41,751 bases of DNA. Origin: a virus. Shown here one piece after another: positions 16,868 through 23,653 of the stretch. The stretch is from UHGV virus genome UHGV-0203358. The stretch is one strand, 5' to 3'. The position numbers were made by a program, and so were the translations under genes. Within the stretch, counting starts at the first letter, position 1. The number at the start of each line of letters is the position of its first letter. The notes below the pieces were generated by a model. That model did not search any database, was not told the origin of the DNA, and saw nothing but the letters and a program-made list of their open reading frames with translations.

Positions 16868-16935
16868 ATATACGTAAACAAGAGGGGAGCGGATAACCCG
16901 GAAACCGCAGGATAATAAGATAAGGAGAATTCGAA

Positions 16936-17175
16936 ATGTGGAGCGAAGGAACAATCGAAATTAAAAAAGCGAACGGAGCGAAAGTGCCAGTTCGCTATTG
17001 GGTGAAGCATTACGATGAGCCGAGCCCATGGGGCATTGAGAACGGCAAGATATCGAAACTCACGCTCGAGCAGGACGAAGAGACGGTATACAACTACGAC
17101 CGCGCAGCTGATATTTCTGCCAAAACTCCGGAAGCGAAAGCGGCTCTGGCAATGTTAATGCAAAAATACAATTAA
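16936..17175 (+). CDS. Small hypothetical protein (monocistronic)
   Basis: RBS AAGGAG; 'YWVKHYDEPSPWGIENGKISKL...YNYDR'. Confidence 0.8.
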   Translation: MWSEGTIEIKKANGAKVPVRYWVKHYDEPSPWGIENGKISKLTLEQDEETVYNYDRAADISAKTPEAKAALAMLMQKYN

Positions 17176-17176
17176 A

Positions 17177-17209
17177 CGAAAAACCGAGGGATTAACCCCT
17201 CGGTTTTCG
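17177..17209. terminator. Bidirectional intrinsic terminator
   Basis: AAAACCGAGGG-ATTAAC-CCCTCGGTTTT between convergent genes. Confidence 0.9.
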
Positions 17210-18736
17210 CTATTTCGCCGTAAACGGCACCACAAAGATGATATATGGTGTTCGCCTGAGACTGTTCTGGTGAGCCACTGGGGAGCTCAGGCGAACACCG
17301 TCGCCCGAGCCTGCCACATCATCCAGCGTGACATCCACCTCGTTTTTCCCGCTGCCGAGCGGGTCGAAGACGATTTTTAAACGGTCGTTGAAAACAAAGA
17401 CCTTGACGAGGAACGTCTGGAACAGCTGCATCCTGTACTGCCGGTCCGAAACATCTCCGCCGCGGAAGCTCTTGAGGTAGCCGACAACCTGATCGCGGGT
17501 GACGTTGATCTGGTCCGCTGTCAACAGCGCCAACTGCTCGGATATCTTCGTGCTTTCCGCCTCGAGCTCCATCAGTCGCGCCTTCGTCGATTCCGTAAAA
17601 ATCCCCGCCTCGATCGCCGCGAGGATGTTTTTTATCGCCTTCGCGTTCTCCGCTTTTTGCTCCTCGAGCATCTTTATCTCCGGCTGATCCTTGTGACGCC
17701 GCTGATACTCCATCACCTCGTCCGCGATCTGGTCGATAATCTCATCACTCATGATCCGCTCGACGAGCGCCCGTGCGACGGCGTCCTCGATGCGGTCGCG
17801 ACCGACGTTGTCTTTTTTGCATCCACTGCCGGTCCGGCGTCCGACGCATGAGTAGTAATAGTACACCGCGCCGGATTTCCCCGCGCCGCACATTCCCGTC
17901 ATCGGCTCGCCGCACTCTCCACAATACAGTTTCCCCGTCAGCTGATAATCAGCCGCGGGGTTTTTCTTTGGCTTGCTCATCGCCGCCATCGCCTCCCGAT
18001 ACAAGCTGTCGTCGATGAGCCGGGGCATACCACCGACGACGCGCGTTTTATCAAAAATGTAAATCCCGAGATACCGCTCGTTGCCGATGATCCGGTGAAA
18101 GCTGTTCCGTCCCCACTCGCGACCGCGCGAAGTCTTCACGCCGCGGGCGTTGAGGTCCATCGCAATCGACGCGATTGTTTCACACGCCGCCACCCGCGCA
18201 TATATCTCGCGCACTATCGCCGCCGCCGGTTCGTCGATCTCAAACCGACCGTCAGCCCCCGACTTATATCCGTATGGCGCCGGACCGTTCGCCCGGCAGT
18301 TCTGCGCGTTGTCCGCCTGCGTCCGCTTGATATCCTCGCCGAGGTTTTCCGAGTAAAACTGGTTCACAGACATCATCGTCCGGAGCGCAAAACGCCCGGC
18401 GGCAGTATTCCCGAACTCCTCCTTCGCGTAGAGCACATTCACACTGCTCCGGGTCATCTCAACTTCAAAATTTAACGCATTCAACATATTTCGCGCAATT
18501 CTGCTCGATTTATATGCTATAATTGTATCAAAGATTTTTTTACCCGCGTCCCGACGCAGACGCTGAAACTGCGGGCGTCGGTCTGAGCGCCCGCTTATCG
18601 CCGCGTCGGCGTATACGTCAATGACCGTCAAGCCGTTCGCCGCCGCGAAAGCCCGGCACTCCGCAACCTGCTGCTCAATCGATTCCTCGCGCTGATTGTG
18701 CGATGAGAACCGGGCATATATCACCGCTCTGCTCAT
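17210..18736 (-). CDS. int: Large serine recombinase (integrase)
   Basis: 'IYARFSS' catalytic Ser, 'D.AISG..RPQF', 'SRIARN', recombinase domain, zinc ribbon 'LYCGECG...YYYSC...C', coiled coil. Confidence 0.95.
   Translation of the reverse strand: MSRAVIYARFSSHNQREESIEQQVAECRAFAAANGLTVIDVYADAAISGRSDRRPQFQRLRRDAGKKIFDTIIAYKSSRIARNMLNALNFEVEMTRSSVNVLYAKEEFGNTAAGRFALRTMMSVNQFYSENLGEDIKRTQADNAQNCRANGPAPYGYKSGADGRFEIDEPAAAIVREIYARVAACETIASIAMDLNARGVKTSRGREWGRNSFHRIIGNERYLGIYIFDKTRVVGGMPRLIDDSLYREAMAAMSKPKKNPAADYQLTGKLYCGECGEPMTGMCGAGKSGAVYYYYSCVGRRTGSGCKKDNVGRDRIEDAVARALVERIMSDEIIDQIADEVMEYQRRHKDQPEIKMLEEQKAENAKAIKNILAAIEAGIFTESTKARLMELEAESTKISEQLALLTADQINVTRDQVVGYLKSFRGGDVSDRQYRMQLFQTFLVKVFVFNDRLKIVFDPLGSGKNEVDVTLDDVAGSGDGVRLSSPVAHQNSLRRTPYIIFVVPFTAK
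17247..17299. other. Candidate attP site
   Basis: Perfect 14-bp inverted arms GGTGTTCGCCTGAG / CTCAGGCGAACACC around a 25-bp core, within the integrase 3' end. Confidence 0.6.
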
Positions 18737-18739
18737 TTC

Positions 18740-19477
18740 TCAGAACTGCATCTGCATTCCGGGATACGCAATCACGTCATAGTGGTCAATGTCCGCGAGC
18801 GCGACCTTGTTCGCGTCGCCGATATTTGATACCTTGAACGTCCCCTTCGCTCCCGCCGCGATCTCGTCGGTATATGTCTTCATCACGCCGAGGACTTTTC
18901 CGTCGGCGTCGTACATGATCACCACAACCTCAATCATGCTCTGGTCTTCGTCGCCGCCATTCTCGACGCGACCGACCGCCTCGAGCGTCCCCATGAGGTC
19001 ATCCTCGCTGAGCGACACGTCGCTGACTTCATAGCGAGTGTTCGGGATCTTCGCCTCGACCGCCTTATAGGTCGGGACGACCTTATAGTCTCCCTCCGCC
19101 GACACCGACTGCTCGCCGTATATAATCGTCGTCTCGCCGGGCGATATCACCGTCGGGGTTTCCGAAGCTAACGTCATCGTGTCGACGAGCTTGCCGTCCG
19201 CCGTCTCGATGTCCATGCCGGCGTTTGAGATATACAAATCGCAGTTGCCAGTATTCTTGACCGTCGCGATTCCGACTACCCACGTCGTACCGATGGAGTT
19301 TGTGAACACCTTCGTCGACACATCGACAAGCTCTGACGCCGGTTCGCTCTTCACCGCTTCGGTCGTCTCCTTGTCCTCCGTCCATGTGCCCTCGCCGACA
19401 GTGATGTTGGGCTCACTTCCACAGCCGGTCGCCGCCAGCATAGCGGCGAGTAAAATAATTGTAATCGTCTTTTTCAT
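18740..19477 (-). CDS. Lipoprotein with FxLYD-like beta domains (superinfection-exclusion candidate)
   Basis: Signal peptide and lipobox 'LAATGC'; 'GRVENGG...VVVIMYDADGKVLG'; located in the lysogeny block. Confidence 0.75.
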   Translation of the reverse strand: MKKTITIILLAAMLAATGCGSEPNITVGEGTWTEDKETTEAVKSEPASELVDVSTKVFTNSIGTTWVVGIATVKNTGNCDLYISNAGMDIETADGKLVDTMTLASETPTVISPGETTIIYGEQSVSAEGDYKVVPTYKAVEAKIPNTRYEVSDVSLSEDDLMGTLEAVGRVENGGDEDQSMIEVVVIMYDADGKVLGVMKTYTDEIAAGAKGTFKVSNIGDANKVALADIDHYDVIAYPGMQMQF

Positions 19478-19492
19478 TTTATTGTCTCCCTT

Positions 19493-20032
19493 TCATCCCC
19501 GCACCCATCCGATATGCGGATTAAAAACGTCCACTGCAAGCATAGTGCAAATGAACGCGACGAGCAGGACTATCAGAAACAGAAGCACATGGCACTCCCG
19601 CCGCGACCTCGCGTTCGCCGCCTTCTGGTCCTCGACCCGCTGCCGCCAGTCCTCGATCCTCTCGAGATACACTTTTTCAAGCGCCGCCAGTGCCGCCTTC
19701 ATGTCATTCTCCCTTTCCGCCTCGATCTCCGCCAGGTCAACGGCGGGATAATCCGCGTCAACTCCGGGACAATCTCCGTCAACGGACGAATTGCCCGGCT
19801 CGCCGCCGGTCAACGATGGGTCCGCGACGGGTTCATCCGCCGTCAGCTCATCGACCGTCGTTTCGAGCGCCAGAGCGATCATCTCCGCCGTCGTCAACGT
19901 CGTCGACGCCCCGCTGAGAATCCGCTTGATCGTGCTCTCGGACACCTTCGATTCCAGCGCAAGACGAGCGTTCGACAATTGCCGCTCGTTCATCTTCTCG
20001 CGGAGCCGCGGGAGGTTTACCGTCAGGTTCAT
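19493..20032 (-). CDS. XRE-HTH protein with C-terminal transmembrane helix
   Basis: 'LSNARLALESKVSESTIKRILSG' HTH; C-terminal 'VLLFLIVLLVAFICTMLAV'. Confidence 0.8.
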   Translation of the reverse strand: MNLTVNLPRLREKMNERQLSNARLALESKVSESTIKRILSGASTTLTTAEMIALALETTVDELTADEPVADPSLTGGEPGNSSVDGDCPGVDADYPAVDLAEIEAERENDMKAALAALEKVYLERIEDWRQRVEDQKAANARSRRECHVLLFLIVLLVAFICTMLAVDVFNPHIGWVRG

Positions 20033-20086
20033 TTCCGGTCATCGCCCTTTCGTCTAAGTTGCCCCAAGATTGCCCCATAGTTGCCC

Positions 20087-20115
20087 TTGCTTTTTGTCAG
20101 TTTTTAATGTATAAT
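20087..20115 (+). promoter_or_regulatory. Sigma-A promoter for micro-ORF 20220
   Basis: TTGCTT-17 nt-TATAAT. Confidence 0.6.
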
Positions 20116-20147
20116 GGATGCAGGATATATATTTTTTTGACATAATA

Positions 20148-20176
20148 ATTATATCACTTTTTTGGTAATTTGTCAA
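20148..20176 (-). promoter_or_regulatory. Sigma-A promoter for the HTH-TM / lipoprotein / integrase operon
   Basis: Minus strand TTGACA-17 nt-TATAAT with extended TG. Confidence 0.85.
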
Positions 20177-20219
20177 TGGTTTTTGCGTAAAAAATAGAAA
20201 AATAAAGGAGAATGTCGAA

Positions 20220-20321
20220 ATGATCACACTGCTCGAAGTCATCATCGCGAAACTCAAAAAAATGACGCCGGAGGAACTGCACGAAGTCTACGCCTACATA
20301 CGGAGGATGAAAACCAAATGA
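20220..20321 (+). CDS. 33-aa micro-protein (candidate antirepressor peptide)
   Basis: RBS AAAGGAG; MITLLEVIIAKLKKMTPEELHEVYAYIRRMKTK; own promoter and terminator; absent from the ORF track. Confidence 0.7.
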   Translation: MITLLEVIIAKLKKMTPEELHEVYAYIRRMKTK

Positions 20322-20322
20322 G

Positions 20323-20357
20323 AAAGGGGCGGTCGCCTGACCGTCCCTCTCTTTTTT
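20323..20357. terminator. Terminator between micro-ORF and repressor
   Basis: AGGGGCGGTC-GCCT-GACCGTCCCT followed by CTCTTTTTT. Confidence 0.8.
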
Positions 20358-20781
20358 ACTCGTCGTCCTGTCGAATCTTGTCTTCGGCTTTCTTAAACTC
20401 CCGGATCACGTCCCGGAGCTTTCGCCAGCCGGTGTCGCTCAGCGCGGATAAAGTCAAGATGAGTTCCGTTTTGAAGTCGTCAGGTTCGTCAGTCAGCGCT
20501 TCGCTGACGAATCCCGCGATCTTCTCACGTCTGGTCATCTTCCGGAACATCTCCCCCGCGCCGGTCTCAAGCCACGCGATATCCACGCCGCATATCTCTG
20601 CTATCTGCTCGAGATAACGTGGGTTCGGCTTGATTCGGTCGTACTCAATGTTTTTTATTGTTCCCAATCCAAGTTTTACTTTTTTTGAGAACTCCGATTG
20701 CGACAACCCGAGCGCTTCGCGCACTTGTTTTACGCGCATATTCGCCTCAGATTCGGCTATATCGAGTATATCATCCTCCAT
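20356..20781 (-). CDS. CI-like XRE repressor without peptidase domain
   Basis: RBS AAAGGAGG then MEDDILD...; 'RVKQVREALGLSQSEFSKKV...IKNIE...WLETGAGEMF'. Confidence 0.88.
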   Translation of the reverse strand: MEDDILDIAESEANMRVKQVREALGLSQSEFSKKVKLGLGTIKNIEYDRIKPNPRYLEQIAEICGVDIAWLETGAGEMFRKMTRREKIAGFVSEALTDEPDDFKTELILTLSALSDTGWRKLRDVIREFKKAEDKIRQDDE

Positions 20782-20805
20782 GCTGCCACCTCCTTTCTTT
20801 ATTAT

Positions 20806-20834
20806 ATTATACCACATTTCGGTGGCGTTGTCAA
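20806..20834 (-). promoter_or_regulatory. Repressor promoter (leftward)
   Basis: Minus strand TTGACA-17 nt-TATAAT with extended TG. Confidence 0.9.
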
Positions 20835-20943
20835 TACCAAAAAAGATTATTTTTTTTTGAAAATGGTCTTGACAAATCCAGAAAAGTATGGTATAATGGT
20901 ATCAACAACACCGAATAAATAAAAAATCGCTATTGACAATACC
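20824..20943. promoter_or_regulatory. Four 15-bp operators, consensus GGTATTGNCAATACC
   Basis: GGCGTTGTCAATACC 20824, GGTCTTGACAAATCC 20865, GGTATCAACAACACC 20898, GCTATTGACAATACC 20929. Confidence 0.75.
20869..20897 (+). promoter_or_regulatory. Early lytic promoter (rightward)
   Basis: TTGACA-17 nt-TATAAT; spacer resembles the 14124 and 16839 promoters. Confidence 0.9.
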
Positions 20944-20959
20944 AAAAGGAGACACCAAA

Positions 20960-21265
20960 ATGGAGACAATAAACAAGAAAGTAACGATCGAAGGCATGGA
21001 TTTCGCCATCGTCAAGGAACCGGCGTGGGGCGAGACCCACCAGTACGGCACGATCCCGCACTCCGAGGTCGACGAGAACGGACGCATAAAACGTGCCTTG
21101 AATGGCTTCGAAATGTGCTGCGCGGCAAGCCCCGAGAAAGCAATTGAGCAGCGCGAAGACGTCCTACTCGCCCGGAAGTGGAAAGCGGAGCACCCGGACG
21201 CGACCGAAATCCAGGAAATGAACGCGGTCGCCGAAATCATCAGACGCAGAGTGGCGGGGGCTTAA
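20960..21265 (+). CDS. First early gene, hypothetical protein
   Basis: RBS AAAGGAG and ATG 20960 (METINKK...); no recognisable HTH. Confidence 0.8.
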   Translation: METINKKVTIEGMDFAIVKEPAWGETHQYGTIPHSEVDENGRIKRALNGFEMCCAASPEKAIEQREDVLLARKWKAEHPDATEIQEMNAVAEIIRRRVAGA

Positions 21266-21307
21266 GCTCCCCCGGTAATGCGGTCAGGCAGACGGTCACA
21301 AACCCCG
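21245..21307 (+). ncRNA. Candidate circularly permuted twister self-cleaving ribozyme
   Basis: CGCA-GAGUG-[hairpin P1]-UAA-UGCG-GU-C-AGGCA-G-ACGG-UCACAAAC-CCCG; P2, T1 (GUG/CAC) and T2 (GU/AC) pairings all possible; P4 and the base of P1 are imperfect. Confidence 0.6.
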
Positions 21308-21340
21308 ACAGCCGCATAAAAACAGAAAGGAGAAAAAACC

Positions 21341-21520
21341 ATGGCAAACACCACTACCCTCGACAAGGACACGAAATTCCTCGCCGAGATGATCCAGGAA
21401 CTCAAGACCATAAAAAGCGAGACGGCTCGACGCGACATCCTCAACATCGCGAAGGGCATCGTGATCGGCGAAACCCCAAGAAAGGAGACCGCAGAAAATG
21501 ACGCTATCAGCACTCAGTAA
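21341..21520 (+). CDS. 59-aa helical micro-protein
   Basis: RBS AAAGGAG; MANTTTLDKDTKFLAEMIQELKTIKSETARRDILNIAKGIVIG...; absent from the track. Confidence 0.75.
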   Translation: MANTTTLDKDTKFLAEMIQELKTIKSETARRDILNIAKGIVIGETPRKETAENDAISTQ

Positions 21521-21650
21521 AGAAAACCGCGAGCTGCTCGCAAAAGCGACGCTCGACGCCGTAAGGCGGCACATCGAAAAACAAAAACAGGAGGAGACCA
21601 AAAATGACAACACAAACCATGGACAACAAAGACCGGCTCGCAACGATTAA
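21498..21650 (+). CDS. 50-aa micro-protein
   Basis: RBS AAAGGAG; MTLSALSKENRELLAKATLDAVRRHIEK...; absent from the track. Confidence 0.65.
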   Translation: MTLSALSKENRELLAKATLDAVRRHIEKQKQEETKNDNTNHGQQRPARND

Positions 21651-21909
21651 AAGCGCACAGAACGCGCTGGTATACGACCTCATCATGCAGGGGCTCAGAG
21701 CCGCGACGGCATCAAAAGTCCATCTCAGCGTCTGGGTGGACAAAGACGGCGACCTGACGGTCAACACCGATAGAAAGCACCAAAGGTCATATATCCGGTT
21801 CGGCGACGACATCAAAAACTCGGACATCGACGTCCTTGTCGATATCGTCGAATGGGTGCTCGACGGAGCGCCGGAGGAGAAAGACGAGGAGGAAACAGAC
21901 GATGAGTGA
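21604..21909 (+). CDS. Hypothetical protein
   Basis: RBS AGGAGG; 101 aa. Confidence 0.75.
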   Translation: MTTQTMDNKDRLATIKSAQNALVYDLIMQGLRAATASKVHLSVWVDKDGDLTVNTDRKHQRSYIRFGDDIKNSDIDVLVDIVEWVLDGAPEEKDEEETDDE

Positions 21910-22162
21910 CGTCACCTACGAAAAAATGCTCGAGGTCCAGACCGACCTCATCCGCCGGCAGGACCGCAAAATCGACGAGCTGACCGCGGCGAAAAAAGCC
22001 CTCGAGGTCACCGCACAGACCCTCGCCGAAGCCCTCGTCCGGGAGCTCGACCGCGAAGGACGCGACCGGGCTTTCGTCCCGGCAAAGGAAATCAACCGCG
22101 GCGACGTCCGTTTCCGCGTCGAGCAGACCATCGGCGGCGACATCCTGCTCGTCAGGATATGA
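21902..22162 (+). CDS. Coiled-coil hypothetical protein
   Basis: RBS GGAGG and ATG 21902 (MSDVTYEK...). Confidence 0.7.
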   Translation: MSDVTYEKMLEVQTDLIRRQDRKIDELTAAKKALEVTAQTLAEALVRELDREGRDRAFVPAKEINRGDVRFRVEQTIGGDILLVRI

Positions 22163-22257
22163 AAAAGGCTCGCGCAGAACTGCAACTTCCGCGCGAGCCC
22201 CAAAAAAGGAGACTTTTATGACACCAACATTATACCACAGAAAAGGAGATTTGTCAA
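22162..22257 (-). promoter_or_regulatory. Antisense promoter plus hairpin/terminator (candidate short antisense RNA)
   Basis: Minus strand TTGACA-17-TATAAT at 22257-22229; GGCTCGCGC...GCGCGAGCC hairpin followed by a U-run on the minus strand. Confidence 0.6.
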
Positions 22258-22845
22258 GTGTTACTGCAAAAAGCAAAGAAGATCTGTAAAGCCGGAACGA
22301 CGGTCATCGTCAACCGGCTGAACGGCGACCAGTGGCTCGGAACCACCGGAGCTATTTACCCCGTCTTCGGCGGAATCGACCTCACCGAATCATCGGTGCG
22401 AACACTCTTTGACGTCCGCTCGGACGACGAGAGCTTCGCCGTCCGCACCCTCTCAGAGGAGGTTTTCACCGACCGCGGCTACTCCCTCGAGGACGTCGCC
22501 GACGAGGAGCACGATCTCGCGCTCACATCATGGACGCTCGAGTACAAGGGGCGGAGCTTCATTCCCCTGACCGCCGCGGCGGACACCTCGACCATAGCTT
22601 TCATCGACGCCGACCACCTCGCGCCGCTCAAGGACTGTGACGAGCTGTCGCTCTGGCTCCGGTTCGCGAACAACGGAACTTACGTCGTCGCGAAAAGCGG
22701 ATTCCTCGTCGTCGCTCTGATCTCGGTCGAGAAAATCCCGGACGTCGCGCGGTTGTCCCTCGCGATGATCGCGTCAAACGCCGACAGCGTCAGCAGTGAC
22801 AAATACAAAAGAGCGGAGCTTGTCCCGCTGGAGGAAATCAAATGA
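22258..22845 (+). CDS. Hypothetical protein
   Basis: RBS AAGGAG and GTG; 195 aa. Confidence 0.75.
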   Translation: MLLQKAKKICKAGTTVIVNRLNGDQWLGTTGAIYPVFGGIDLTESSVRTLFDVRSDDESFAVRTLSEEVFTDRGYSLEDVADEEHDLALTSWTLEYKGRSFIPLTAAADTSTIAFIDADHLAPLKDCDELSLWLRFANNGTYVVAKSGFLVVALISVEKIPDVARLSLAMIASNADSVSSDKYKRAELVPLEEIK

Positions 22846-23048
22846 ACGACCTCAGAGATCATCCGGACATCGAACGGACAGAGCGGACAGGGTACGCCGA
22901 GGAGCCGGAGCCGCCGCTCCGGTGTCCTGGATGCGGCGAGGAGCTCTCGGTTTTCGACACGGTTTACGTCAAGCGCAAAACTGCCGAAATCATCGGCTGC
23001 TGCCACTGCATGATGGCAGTTGAGGCGGGAGCGGTGGAAATGATATGA
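22842..23048 (+). CDS. Small Zn-finger protein
   Basis: CPGC...GCCHC. Confidence 0.7.
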   Translation: MNDLRDHPDIERTERTGYAEEPEPPLRCPGCGEELSVFDTVYVKRKTAEIIGCCHCMMAVEAGAVEMI

Positions 23049-23653
23049 ACACCTACATCTCCACCGTCGGCATGAGCCGCGCCGACTGGCTCAAAGCCAG
23101 ACAGTCAGGCATCGGAGGAAGCGATTCCCCCGCCCTCGTCCTCCCGCGCGAGGTCTACAGCTGGTCGCGCCCGAAGGACATTTATAAATCGAAGGTCAGC
23201 GAGCCGGACGAAACGTCCCCGCTCGCCTGCCGGGTCGGAAGCTTCCTCGAGCCGTTCGTCGCCGATCTCTTCACCGAGGCGACCGGGCTCCGGGTCCACC
23301 GGCTCAACAAAATCATCGTCTCCGGTGAAAATCCGTTCATGTTCGCGAACATCGACCGGAAACTTTACGGCGTCGACTACGGTCTCGAGATAAAAACGAC
23401 GACCGTGTACAACGACCGCAAATTCACCGAAGACACCTACCCCGCCAACTACTACGTACAAATGCAACACTACATGGCGGTCACGGGGTGGAAAAAATGG
23501 TATCTTGCCGCGCTGATCGGAAATCAGAAGTTTGTGTGGTACGAAGTGCCACGAAACGACGAAGATATCGCCGAAATCATCGCGACCGAGAAAAAATTCT
23601 GGAACGACGTCGTCGTCCCAAGAAACACGGAGGAACTTGAAAGATGGGGATGA
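23045..23653 (+). CDS. YqaJ-like (lambda exonuclease family) recombination nuclease
   Basis: 'WLKARQSGIGGSD', 'FMFANIDR', 'LEIKTT', 'YYVQMQHYMAVTG'. Confidence 0.93.
   Translation: MNTYISTVGMSRADWLKARQSGIGGSDSPALVLPREVYSWSRPKDIYKSKVSEPDETSPLACRVGSFLEPFVADLFTEATGLRVHRLNKIIVSGENPFMFANIDRKLYGVDYGLEIKTTTVYNDRKFTEDTYPANYYVQMQHYMAVTGWKKWYLAALIGNQKFVWYEVPRNDEDIAEIIATEKKFWNDVVVPRNTEELERWG

Noticed and set aside
17247..17299. tRNA-like 3' end on the minus strand (GTTCG...CACCA)
   Set aside because: No cloverleaf can be built; better explained as an att-like inverted repeat. I recognised no tRNA genes in the window
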